A DNA stretch of 64,000 nt from an uncultured Gammaproteobacteria bacterium (GTDB taxonomy: Bacteria; Pseudomonadota; Gammaproteobacteria; UBA9214), in contig CAVXNM010000016.1 in NCBI GenBank assembly GCA_963763115.1, positions 1,592 through 65,591 of the forward strand, written 5' to 3'. The position numbers and the translations under genes are program-made. Every line of letters starts with the position of its first letter. The first letter of the stretch is position 1. Positions 1-9,628 of the stretch are shown here, piece by piece. The notes under the pieces are model-generated. The model searched no databases. It was not told the DNA's origin and saw only the letters and a list, made by a program, of their open reading frames with translations.

Positions 1-389
1 GCACTGTTCGGAAATACCCCCGTCGCGACCGCCGTACCCCAGCTCACCCCGTCGGCGCTCACGTAAAACGCATAACTCTTCACCCGCCCGTTGATCCCAC
101 CGTCCTGGCGCGGCAGATAACGGAACCCGTTCAGCGCGTACACCGCCCCCAGATCGATATCCAGCCGGTGCGGGTGTGCCGGCGCCGACCCCAGCCAGTG
201 CGTGTGCCAGAGCGTGTTCACGTCGCCGTCAAACGCATTGACCGCCGCCCCGTTCTCGCCCACCAGCTCCTCACTGTCGACCGCCTTCAGCGTCCAGCCC
301 GCTTGCGGGATGACAGCTGCAGCCACTGGGGCTACTTGAAGAACCAGCACTAGGGGGATCAGAAGGACAAACGTGCTCAACTGCTGCAT
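1..389 (-). CDS. Secreted discoidin (F5/8 type C, CBM32-like) domain protein, runs off window start
   Basis: Not in ORF track; manual translation from ATG at 389: MQQLSTFVLLIPLVLVLQVAPVAAA (signal peptide) then VDSEELVGENGAAVNAFDGDVNTLWHT...IDLGAVYALNGFRYLPRQDG...YVSADGVSWG, typical F5/8C motifs. Confidence 0.85.
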   Translation of the reverse strand, partial: MQQLSTFVLLIPLVLVLQVAPVAAAVIPQAGWTLKAVDSEELVGENGAAVNAFDGDVNTLWHTHWLGSAPAHPHRLDIDLGAVYALNGFRYLPRQDGGINGRVKSYAFYVSADGVSWGTAVATGVFPNS

Positions 390-683
390 CGGTACACCTG
401 CGACGCTCTAATGGCGCGTCAGCATACTTTTTCGGGTTATTGTGTCTTTAACTCGGCAACCACTGAGGAAAGACCGCTACTGGATTACCACTTTACGTTA
501 TTATGCCGCCCGGATCCATCACGCTGCGGACATGGGCGTCGGACCAAGCCCGAACTCTCGTCGAACAACAGACACCCCAGTATAGCTCACCGGCCAGCAG
601 GCTGCTTCGCACCTAAAATCCAGCAACCCATGACAACCATTTGTAAATAAGAATATTCCTACACGGGCGCAGGCATCTGTCGG

Positions 684-1382
684 CTATGCGGATCCAAGAT
701 CTTTCTTGAGTTTGTCGTACCTGCTGAACACGCTTCCCTTCGACAAGTACTTCCTCAGGCACACGGTTTCATAGGTGGAGAACTTGTCCGTATCGATGGA
801 ATGGAACCAGGCGTCCTCTTGAATTTCAATGATATCCAGCTTTTCAAGGAACTCTTCATTGATCTGTTCCCTCGGAATGATGACCGCGCCGCTATCATCG
901 CAAACCGCTATTGTGCCTTCGTAGCGTTGCCGCAATTCCGCCAACAGCTCCGGGTCTGGTGGTGTTTCGTTTTTCACGTTATAACACCCGATCGGTGTAA
1001 AACCCCGGGACCAGGCAGGCCAGTTCCACTGGCGCAGGTCACTGTGGTCACGCAACAGTCCGTTGACTATAACTGCAGCGGCATTCCTGTACAGGATCAG
1101 GAATTTTGTCACCAGCTGACCGAACACGGCGTAATCGCCGCAGTCGATTGCTTCGACAACGACGACATCGCCGGGCTGTACATCCTGAAGCTGTTCATGA
1201 AGCTCCCAGTTGCTTGAATTGTAGGCATAGGCAAATCGAACCCGTCCGGTGCGGAAATGACCGAAGTTGATCGGCTTGACATGTGGCAGTGCACCGGTCT
1301 TTCCCAGACAATCGGAAACCTGCGAGGTTGAAATGCGGTTATTCTGGATTCGCTTGACGATCTCTTCTTCAACGGCTGTCAT
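684..1382 (-). CDS. RraA / HMG-CHA aldolase family protein
   Basis: STSQVSDCLGK, PGDVVVVEA, AVFGQL, IVNGLLRD, DDSGAVIIP motifs of the RraA-like fold. Confidence 0.8.
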   Translation of the reverse strand: MTAVEEEIVKRIQNNRISTSQVSDCLGKTGALPHVKPINFGHFRTGRVRFAYAYNSSNWELHEQLQDVQPGDVVVVEAIDCGDYAVFGQLVTKFLILYRNAAAVIVNGLLRDHSDLRQWNWPAWSRGFTPIGCYNVKNETPPDPELLAELRQRYEGTIAVCDDSGAVIIPREQINEEFLEKLDIIEIQEDAWFHSIDTDKFSTYETVCLRKYLSKGSVFSRYDKLKKDLGSA

Positions 1383-1469
1383 GGTACTAGTCCCCTGTTG
1401 TAGATAGTGGCAAACAGTTAACCCGGCGCACCGGGTATGTGCCGAGTTATCACAGTGACATGGCTTGGC

Positions 1470-2850
1470 TCAGGATATTAGACTGTTCAGACCTGCGACT
1501 AACACGTCAATATCCTGCCGTTGCGTCCGAAAATTTGTCACACAGGCACGCAAACACGGCGTCTTATTTTGTAAATGGGTCCGTGAAATCCACGCAACAT
1601 GATCGCGGGCGAGATCTTTGACCAGGTCGTCTAACGAAATATTCTTTTCCATAATCCTGGCGTGAGTGAAGCAAACCACAGGCAACGCCGTCTTATTCAG
1701 AACGTCCCAGCCGCTTTTCCGCAACTCATTGCGAAGGTATTCACCCATGCCAGCCTGGTGCTCCAGTCGGTCCGCAATCCCCGGAAGACCCAGCTCAGCC
1801 AGCATGATAAACACCTTCAGCCCGGTAAAGCGCCTGCCCCACTGCATCGTCGTGAGAAAATGATAAACCCGGCCATCGTCCTGGCGCTTGGGCACGTAGG
1901 CGGCTTCGGTTGTGAACGCCTGCATCACAGCAGTTCGGTGCTTGCAGAAGAACATTCCCGTCGCGGCTGATACGGACAGCCATTTGTGCGCATCAAACGT
2001 CAGGGAATCCGCCTGCTCGATGCCCGCCAGTTCCGGTCGCAGGCGATCGGAAAGCGCCGCCGCACCGCCCCACGCGGCGTCCGCATGAAACCATACATCA
2101 TGCCTCTGACAAAAGTCGGCTATCCTGTCCAGCGGATCTATGACACCGGCGTTGGGCGTACCGGCTGTACCTACCACCATTAACGGTGCAGAGCCTTCGG
2201 CGCGATCTGTCTCGAACTGCTTTTCCAGCTGTTGCAAATCCATGCACAGCACGGCGTCTGTCGGAACCAGTCTCAGAGCTTCCCGCCCCAGACCCGAGAT
2301 ATGGGCGATCTTCTCGAAGGAATGATGCGCCTCTTCAGACACGTAGATCAGCGGCTGTGCCTCTAATGCACGCAAGCCGTTTGTTCCGTACTCCGGAAAT
2401 CTGTGTGTGAGCGCGGCTATCACCGCGGTCTGGTTTGCCTCGGAGCCCCCGTTTGTGAAATTGGCTATGCCGGTCGTCGGCATCAAAGCCGAACCGTGGG
2501 GCCAATACGGTCAGGGTATATTGTTCGATCTCGTTAGCCGCAGGCGCCAGATCCCAGGTGGCAAGCTGCGGGTTGTACAGGGCGGCCAGTGCATCGCCAA
2601 TGACCGAGGAAAGGTCGGTGCCGGGCCTGAACAGACCCAGGTGTCTGGGGTGGTTACTGTGGGCATTCCACGCGCGCAGCATGAACACAACATCCTGGAA
2701 AACCTGAGAAATTGCAGCGGGTTGTTGGAAATCATAGCGGTGCAGAAATGCCCTGATTTCCGCCGGTGTGACGTCCGATGTGAGCGGAATTTCGCGAACG
2801 TCTGAATAGAACTTATCGATTTCTTCTTTGAGTTCTTCGGTGACACTCAT
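1470..2850 (-). pseudogene. Group II PLP-dependent decarboxylase (aromatic amino acid/DAB decarboxylase-like); one frameshift near 2485 as sequenced
   Basis: ORF 2335-2850 gives N-terminus (HPRHLGLF, YNPQLATW), ORF 1470-2486 gives FTNGGSEAN, GTAGT, HADAAWGG, DAHKWL (PLP lysine). Confidence 0.85.
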
Positions 2851-3000
2851 CTACTTAATTACTCAGTACTATCTGACGACATAGTACTATATACCACAGT
2901 ATATTAAAGTAAACTTGAGAGTTGCATAAAAAAATCCCTGCCCGGATTCGCCCTAACCCTGTTGTTTAGGGGTTACATGGCTGGCAACGGCTCTGTTGCT

Positions 3001-3069
3001 CCGACCTTGGCCGATGCCATCCTCGACCGCCTGGTACACAGTACCTATCGGCTGACACTCAAGGGCGAG
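3001..3069 (+). mobile_element. IS21-family IstB C-terminal remnant
   Basis: Translates to PTLADAILDRLVHSTYRLTLKGE, the conserved IstB C-terminal motif. Confidence 0.7.
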
Positions 3070-3074
3070 CCGGG

Positions 3075-3390
3075 CGGAGCGTCAAGAATGTATGCCGCGA
3101 GCACGGCGTGTCGGAGGCGACGGACTACAAACCGGAAGGCGAGGTTCGGCGGCATGGAGGCGGCCGATATCAAGCGGCTGAAGCATCTCGAGGAGGAGAA
3201 CCGGCACCTGAAGCAGATGTTCGCCGATCTGAGCCTCGAGAATCGCACCCTGAAGGACGTGATCAGAAAAAAGCTCCAAGGCCAGCAGAAAAGCGAGAAC
3301 TGGTGGACTGCATGGTTACAACCCACGACATGAGCATTCGCCGCAGCTGTCAGGCGGTAGAGTTGAGCCGCAGCGTCTACCACAGTTATC
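3075..3390 (+). mobile_element. IS3-family (IS407-like) transposase remnant, orfA/orfB junction
   Basis: VCREHGVSEAT...FGGMEAADIKRLKHLEEENRHLKQMFADLSLEN, A6G slippery site, then orfB start KRELVDCM...SIRRSCQAVELSRS. Confidence 0.8.
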
Positions 3391-3628
3391 AAATAGCAAA
3401 ACTCGAGGGGGATACTGCCCGTGTGTTGCAAATATTCGCATGAACCGTATGATATTTGTATTAGACAATATTACGAACAATCTGTTTGTGCGATGACCCG
3501 CGTCCTACAACCCTTCCGCCTCCTCAATCGCTCTGGCCGCCTGACTTCATCGTCGCCAACAGGCGGTCATCTGCTATCTGATCGAAGAGCACCCTGTAAT
3601 CAACGATCAAATCTAAGGACAGCGACTT

Positions 3629-3810
3629 GTGTTTACTGACGAGCAGCGGATACGACTAGTCGTGAAAGCCAAGGTCCTTGGTCGCCTGTTACTTCATGAA
3701 CTCGAGACGCTCGTCGCGCCCTATGCGCTTCTCGCCGGGCACCGTAAGCTCAATTCGAAGAAGTGGACCTATGCCAGAAAGGGACAGGGTCAAACCCGCG
3801 TCGTGCAACA
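3629..3810 (+). mobile_element. Degraded integrase-core/IS transposase fragment
   Basis: TDEQRIRLVVKAKVLGRLLLHELETLV..LLA.HRKL..KKWTY resembles the region preceding rve domains in such transposases. Confidence 0.55.
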
Positions 3811-4007
3811 GAACACGGTCCAAAAAAACCCTGAAATGGCATGACATAGAACAGGCACTGGATCGAGAGAGTGTTGAGTTTTGCACTCTACGGAGTAACC
3901 GCTGTTCAATAGTCTTGGACTTCAGAGAAGAGCGCTTTTATTGTTCTTTATGCTTCATTTATTGTTCTTAATGGTCGATTTGCCTTCCCGATATAGGAAT
4001 TTATAGT

Positions 4008-4976
4008 ATGAATGAGTTCTTTATTCACCGTTCATTCTGTCCAGCCTGTCGATCAGCCGACGTGCGTACTCTAAAAAGTTGCTCATACACGGAATCGCCT
4101 CTCAAAGAATATTTGCACGATTTCTATAAAGACTTGGGTCCCGGGATTCCTTTAGAATTTCTTGACGGTAGTGAATTTGTCCTTGATGAATGCAGCAACT
4201 GTGGTTTGGTGTATCAGAATCAAGTCCCCGATAATTTTCTCCTTAAGAAACTCTATGACGAATGGATCGATCCCGAGATAATCCACGAGATGTATAAAAA
4301 GAATTTTAGAGCGCGCTATTTCTTTTGGCTTGCTAAAGAAACAACCCGGATTCTTGAGCATTTGGATAAACCACCCGCTTCTATTAGCTTCCTCGATTTC
4401 GGCATGGGATGGGGAAATTGGTGCATGATTGCCAAGGGATTCGGCTGTGACGTTTATGGTACGGACCTGGCGGATACCCGAATGGATCAAGCGCGTGAGC
4501 TGGGTGTCAAACCGGTGCCTTGGGAGGAACTCGGCAACCATAAGTTTGACGTCATCAACGCCGAACAAGTTTTCGAACACCTAACTGATCCGCTTGAAAC
4601 GTTGATGTATCTTAAAACCGCATTGAAACCTGAAGGTATTATCCGAATCAACGTTCCTCCGGGCTGGGACGTAAAAAGAAGATTGGATAGCTGGAATTGG
4701 CAGGCGCAGGAAGGCGATCCTGACTGGTTGAACATGGTCGCCCCCTTGCAACACATTAATTGTTATAACTATAACGCACTCTTAACTATGGGTACGGTAG
4801 CGGGTCTCAATGTTGTAGAGACTGCCAAATTAGACGAAGATAATACAAGAAGATCGGTTTGCGACAAATTAAAACAAGCGATTAAACCGATGTATTACGC
4901 CATTCGTCCCTCAAAGCGACACTCGAATTCACTTGAGCGATCTGGGTGCATAGTCCTCAGAGGTGGACCCCGGTAG
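4008..4976 (+). CDS. Class I SAM-dependent methyltransferase with N-terminal Zn-ribbon
   Basis: CPAC/CSNC pairs, FLDFGMGWG motif I, EQVFEHL. Confidence 0.85.
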   Translation: MNEFFIHRSFCPACRSADVRTLKSCSYTESPLKEYLHDFYKDLGPGIPLEFLDGSEFVLDECSNCGLVYQNQVPDNFLLKKLYDEWIDPEIIHEMYKKNFRARYFFWLAKETTRILEHLDKPPASISFLDFGMGWGNWCMIAKGFGCDVYGTDLADTRMDQARELGVKPVPWEELGNHKFDVINAEQVFEHLTDPLETLMYLKTALKPEGIIRINVPPGWDVKRRLDSWNWQAQEGDPDWLNMVAPLQHINCYNYNALLTMGTVAGLNVVETAKLDEDNTRRSVCDKLKQAIKPMYYAIRPSKRHSNSLERSGCIVLRGGPR

Positions 4977-5113
4977 CCGGACAGGGATGAAGAAAGTTTA
5001 AGTGTCTTCTGCGAAGAGAGTCAATGTGATGACAGGAGTAGAAGATGAAGAGGAAACGTCGTAATCATTCAGCGAGTTTCAAGGCGAAAGTAGCAATGGC
5101 TGCAATCCGGGGT
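4959..5113 (+). mobile_element. IS3-family left end and truncated orfA
   Basis: IRL-like AGGTGGACCCCGGTAGCCGGACA (4961-4983), RBS AGGAG, ATG 5045: MKRKRRNHSASFKAKVAMAAIRG then abrupt loss of similarity. Confidence 0.7.
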
Positions 5114-5121
5114 CCATTTCT

Positions 5122-6657
5122 ATGAATCTGCATTACACGATGATGGCCCACTGGCCTCCGCTGGCGTGGCTGGCTGAATGTTCTGTTGGCGACGCGACTA
5201 TCCGCGTATTTCATGGAAACCGGGTCGAAACACGGGAAAACTGGTTTTGTGAAGCCGTTTGGGCCGGGGACTTTCCGGCAGGCGACCTCGACAAAACCGA
5301 CATCGTGGCAGGAACCGGCGGCCGAATCCGTGAACACGGCCTGTGTTTCGTTTCCCCGGGCTCGAATATCAACCGCCTGCATTCCCTCCTGACAGGCGTT
5401 ACAACGCTCGTTTCCAATTCCCTGATTTGTTTACTGGCACGGGTCGATGCCCGGCCGGATCTCGCCTACCTGGCATATTCGACCGACTATGGCGAATACA
5501 AACATACCGTGTTTGGCGACCATTCTATTGAATTTCCCAGCACCGCCGGACCGGTGCAGTTAACGTATGTCGCTAATCTGCATTGGGACGGTGATCGGCT
5601 CAGCGAGCGTGAAAAATCCTATAGCACCCCTGAGCTTGGCAGTTTCAGCGACTACTCGGCGTTCATGCATCGCTCAATGGAGTCATTCGCAGCCAACGCC
5701 ATGCACCGTGAACGATCACACCCTTTGAAACTGGTATGCGGTATGTCGAATGGTTACGATTCGCCGGCGGTGGCCGCCCTGGCTCATGCAGTGGAAGGTT
5801 TCGAGACCTTCACCCTGGCCACTGACCGGCAGGGTACCGATGACAGCGGTGAGGCCATCGCTGCGGCTCTCGGGATTCCGTGTCACGTCCTTGCACGTGA
5901 TAGCCGGTTTACCTCTCCGCTTGCCGAGGTGCCTTTCCTCGCCGCCTCCGGCAGCGTCGGCGATCTGGCCTTCAAACCGGCTGAAACACTGTTGCAGAAT
6001 TCAGTACTCCTCACAGGTTTTGGTGGTGACCTCATATGGGACAAGAAGACCCCGCCGTCCGAAAAAATCCCGATTGGCGACGGGAGCATGCTGGGCTCTT
6101 CGGAGTACCGGCTCTGGAACGGATACATCAATTGCGCCGTGCCTTTCTGGGGCATAAGACAACTGGATGACATCATCCGCATCAGCAACTCCCCTGAGAT
6201 GAAGCCCTGGGACATAGAGGGGGACTACAGCAGACCGACCTGTCGTCGCATTGTCGAAACTGCCGGCGTATCCCGGTCCATGTTCGGCTATGGCAAACAG
6301 GGCGTATCGGCTGTACCGCGTGCCAGACCAGAGTATCTGAGCCCGGCGTCACTGGAAGATCTGCTGGCTTGGCTGATGGAGCAAGGTGGCCAAATGCATG
6401 ATCGCCGCATCTCTCTGCCGCGACCGGCGCTGGGTCGCTTTCTGGATCGCATCGCCATTCCGTTGACGGATATCGCGGGCATCCTGGATCGAATACGCCG
6501 GCGTCGCGGTTTCAGATGGCTGACCGCCCCGGCACGCGCTTTCAAAGAAAAGGTCACAGGACCGTATTATCACCATAGTTACTATATACACTGGGCGATT
6601 GATCGTGCCAAACGGCGCTACGACAATTCCGTGCCTGCCGACGCCCCCGAACTCTAG
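5122..6657 (+). CDS. Asparagine-synthetase-like (adenine nucleotide alpha-hydrolase) protein
   Basis: PP-loop-like MSNGYDS, LTGFGGDLIW; no N-terminal Cys1. Confidence 0.6.
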   Translation: MNLHYTMMAHWPPLAWLAECSVGDATIRVFHGNRVETRENWFCEAVWAGDFPAGDLDKTDIVAGTGGRIREHGLCFVSPGSNINRLHSLLTGVTTLVSNSLICLLARVDARPDLAYLAYSTDYGEYKHTVFGDHSIEFPSTAGPVQLTYVANLHWDGDRLSEREKSYSTPELGSFSDYSAFMHRSMESFAANAMHRERSHPLKLVCGMSNGYDSPAVAALAHAVEGFETFTLATDRQGTDDSGEAIAAALGIPCHVLARDSRFTSPLAEVPFLAASGSVGDLAFKPAETLLQNSVLLTGFGGDLIWDKKTPPSEKIPIGDGSMLGSSEYRLWNGYINCAVPFWGIRQLDDIIRISNSPEMKPWDIEGDYSRPTCRRIVETAGVSRSMFGYGKQGVSAVPRARPEYLSPASLEDLLAWLMEQGGQMHDRRISLPRPALGRFLDRIAIPLTDIAGILDRIRRRRGFRWLTAPARAFKEKVTGPYYHHSYYIHWAIDRAKRRYDNSVPADAPEL

Positions 6658-7892
6658 CGCGTGCCTGCCACGACACCCAGGTATAACTGTTCGAGCCGGT
6701 TATTGATTTTTTCGGTGTCGAATTCGGCCTCAACCTTCTGTCTGGCATTTCTGCCCATTCCGGGCCATTGTTCCGGATGGTCGCACAAATGGATCAACCG
6801 TTCACTCAGACGCTCCACATCAGCTTCCGGGACAAGATAACCAGTTACACCGTCTTCCACCAGTTCCGGGATACCGCTGTGCCAGGTACTCAGGACCGGT
6901 AGCCCGGTAGCCATCGCCTCTTTAAGAACATTCGGAATACCTTCCTGGTCACCATCCTCAGTAGTGACGCTCGGCGCTATCAATATATGCGAGTCGCGCA
7001 GCAATTGCGTCACTTCATCATGGTCGCACCAGCCTAACAGGGTGACCGAATCCCGCAACCGGTATTTGTCGATCGAACTTTCCACCTGGTCTCGAAGTTC
7101 ACCGTCGCCCACAAGGGTGAAGTGAATATCACGCCCCGCGCTCCGGGCTTCTGCCAGCGCTTCGATGGCGTATACCCAGCCCTTTTTGCTCACGAGTCGC
7201 CCGATTCCGAGTAGCCGGGTGACTTCTTCTTTGCTCTTATGACGCTCGGAAAAGATAAAGCGCCCGCAGTCTATTCCGGAATGCAGTATTTCCATCCTGT
7301 CGGCGGGACAACCCGCGCTCAACAGTCTGTCTGCGAGGCTCTTGCTTACCGGAAGGAAAAGACTGCCGTTACGAAACAACTGATCGTAGTAAGACGGTGT
7401 GTCTGCAAGCACCCTGTTGACATCGTAGCCACGGAACGAGGTAATAATCCTGCCATTCGTGGCTCGAAGTTCCTTCAATTTCAGCGCACGCGGCCCCAGT
7501 GTGCCGAACTGGCAGTGGATAACGTCGTAAGGCCCGCGGTCCGCCAGTGCAAGGGCCCAATACAGCAGCCGCATATTCAAGCCCGTCCGCCCGTCATTGG
7601 ATACAGCCATCGCCCTTAGCACCAGGCCGGGCCGCCGCCATACACCCCGGCTCAGGGTAAGACCGATGGCCTTTAACAGGCGCTCCAGATAGCTGGCTGG
7701 GACATCGGAAAAAAACCGTGTTTTAGCCAGTAAGCCGTAACTGGCGATCTGCGGGTGGCACTTGTCGGTTGGGAACCGTTGTGCGGCATAGATATCGACT
7801 TCGTGTCCGCGATCGATCATCCCAGTGATCTGATTCAGGATAAACGGCTGGGACAGCGCAGGAAATTCGTTGAGGAAAAACGCGATTCTCAT
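6654..7892 (-). CDS. GT4 glycosyltransferase (WcaL/AmsK-like)
   Basis: FPALSQPFILNQI, HCQFG, IGRLVSKKG, EGIPNVLKEAMA, HSGIPELV. Confidence 0.9.
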   Translation of the reverse strand: MRIAFFLNEFPALSQPFILNQITGMIDRGHEVDIYAAQRFPTDKCHPQIASYGLLAKTRFFSDVPASYLERLLKAIGLTLSRGVWRRPGLVLRAMAVSNDGRTGLNMRLLYWALALADRGPYDVIHCQFGTLGPRALKLKELRATNGRIITSFRGYDVNRVLADTPSYYDQLFRNGSLFLPVSKSLADRLLSAGCPADRMEILHSGIDCGRFIFSERHKSKEEVTRLLGIGRLVSKKGWVYAIEALAEARSAGRDIHFTLVGDGELRDQVESSIDKYRLRDSVTLLGWCDHDEVTQLLRDSHILIAPSVTTEDGDQEGIPNVLKEAMATGLPVLSTWHSGIPELVEDGVTGYLVPEADVERLSERLIHLCDHPEQWPGMGRNARQKVEAEFDTEKINNRLEQLYLGVVAGTR

Positions 7893-7923
7893 AAATTCAT
7901 ATCACGGCGTTTTGCCTGCACTG

Positions 7924-8880
7924 TCAGTTTCGTGCCATGGCCCGTTTGATGCTGCCCAGCCGGTATGCCACATTTCTGTCATAGAACCAGCGAAGCGGGG
8001 AATAACAGTAGCCAAAGGCCTTGTAGATCCGCAAATAATCCAGCGTTGACTCTGATACGGCCGATCCATTCGATACATAGCAGTACATCTTGTTACAGAA
8101 ATACAGATTGCCTTCGGCGCGCAATACGGGGCAGTCATTGGGCAGCAGTTGACACAGAACGTCCAGAAGGTAAAGGCTGTCTTCAACCCAGTCTTCAATC
8201 GGCACCGTGGCACCGCGATTAGCGCTATGACGTCGAAAACCGGCCTTTACCTCCGCCACATCTGCTCTTCCGTAGTTAGCGACCAGGGTAAAGGTTGGCA
8301 CAAGGTCATCAAAAAGATTCTTCTTCGAACAGAATCCGCCGACTTCTTTCAGCCTGGCTGTATTGTACAAGGTACTGCACAGGTACAGCGTTGTCGTTCC
8401 CTTGAACCATCCACGAATGAAATCGGTTGCGGATCGTGCTGTAGCCCTGTTCGCGTATTCATTGCGCACATTATCGTGCTCATCAATAATGCGCACACCG
8501 GTAAAAATTGCGCCTACCGATTGACCTGGTTTGAGTGACGAGATACAGGCCTCAACGAAATCTTCGTCAATCATATCGTCGTCATGAAACAGAAGGAAAT
8601 AATCGCCTCTGGCCTGATTCAGGCAGTAGTTGAAGTTATTGTTTGGACCTATATTGGTTTCCTGGCGAAAATAGCGTAATCGCGGGTCCTCGATCGAGCG
8701 AACCAGTTCCGGTGTTTCATCGCTTGAACAATTATCCGATACGATAACCTCGACGTTGCGGTAGGTTTGATTCAGCGACCGTTCAATAACTTTCCGCAGG
8801 TTGCGTGCTGCACGGTTATAAGTGGGAATCCCTATGCTGACCAGAGGATCACTAGTCTTGTACATCGGTGTTATCCGCAT
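7924..8880 (-). CDS. GT2 glycosyltransferase
   Basis: VSIGIPTYNRA, SDNCSSDET, FHDDD. Confidence 0.9.
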   Translation of the reverse strand: MRITPMYKTSDPLVSIGIPTYNRAARNLRKVIERSLNQTYRNVEVIVSDNCSSDETPELVRSIEDPRLRYFRQETNIGPNNNFNYCLNQARGDYFLLFHDDDMIDEDFVEACISSLKPGQSVGAIFTGVRIIDEHDNVRNEYANRATARSATDFIRGWFKGTTTLYLCSTLYNTARLKEVGGFCSKKNLFDDLVPTFTLVANYGRADVAEVKAGFRRHSANRGATVPIEDWVEDSLYLLDVLCQLLPNDCPVLRAEGNLYFCNKMYCYVSNGSAVSESTLDYLRIYKAFGYCYSPLRWFYDRNVAYRLGSIKRAMARN

Positions 8881-9613
8881 GATTCACGCCGTCACGATAC
8901 TTAACGATGCGGGCTGGATTTCCCGCCGCAATTGCACCCGCCGGTATGTCCTTTGTCACCACAGCGCCCGCCGCGACAACCGCCCCTTCCCCGATTGTTA
9001 CACCACTCAGTATTATGGCTCCTGTACCGATCCACGCATCGTTATGTACCGTGACAGCGCCTTTTGAGGTAAGCGGCTGCCGGCGGATTGGCAGGTCAGG
9101 TGCTGTCCCATGGTCATAGGAATATATCGCCACATTCGCAGCAATCATCACACCTTCGCCGATCAGGATCGGCTCAACATACGCCGTGAGCCGGCACCCG
9201 GCGTGGATACTGGATCCGGCGGCCGCGGTAATATGGCCGCACTGTCCCGTTTCAAGAATTGCACCTGTGTGTACTGCCACTTTGTCCGCCAGGGTTACCG
9301 GCCCCCCCTGCTCACTTTCGATGATCGCAACGTGGGGGGCCACGTACACGTTCCGCCCCAGACGAAGGTCTGAATGATGAATCGTCGCAGTGGCATCGAT
9401 GTAACCCCGTGGCGTCTGATAGGCCAGAGACACCTGACCAAGATGTGACGGCGCCGCCCAGGCGGCGAGTCTGCTGGCAAATCGCCCGAGCGGGCCCGTC
9501 CCGCTCCAGCGCATCCAGAATCCTATCCAGCCCCTGGCGAGCCGCCCTGGTTCCTGCGCGGCGCCAGCACACCTTATTCGTCGCACTGAAGGCTCTGGCC
9601 GGTTCACTGGCAA
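8852..9613 (-). CDS. Hexapeptide-repeat (LbH) O-acyltransferase
   Basis: IGEGVMIAANV, WIGTGAIILSGVTIGEGAVVAAGAVVTKD, GNPAR. Confidence 0.9.
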   Translation of the reverse strand: MPVNRPEPSVRRIRCAGAAQEPGRLARGWIGFWMRWSGTGPLGRFASRLAAWAAPSHLGQVSLAYQTPRGYIDATATIHHSDLRLGRNVYVAPHVAIIESEQGGPVTLADKVAVHTGAILETGQCGHITAAAGSSIHAGCRLTAYVEPILIGEGVMIAANVAIYSYDHGTAPDLPIRRQPLTSKGAVTVHNDAWIGTGAIILSGVTIGEGAVVAAGAVVTKDIPAGAIAAGNPARIVKYRDGVNHADNTDVQD

Positions 9614-9628
9614 AACCGTATACCGCGA

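Noticed and set aside
2951-2984. Similarity GGGTTAC(C)ATGGCTG to IS110 left end at 29933-29948
   Set aside because: Too short to distinguish from chance without alignment statistics
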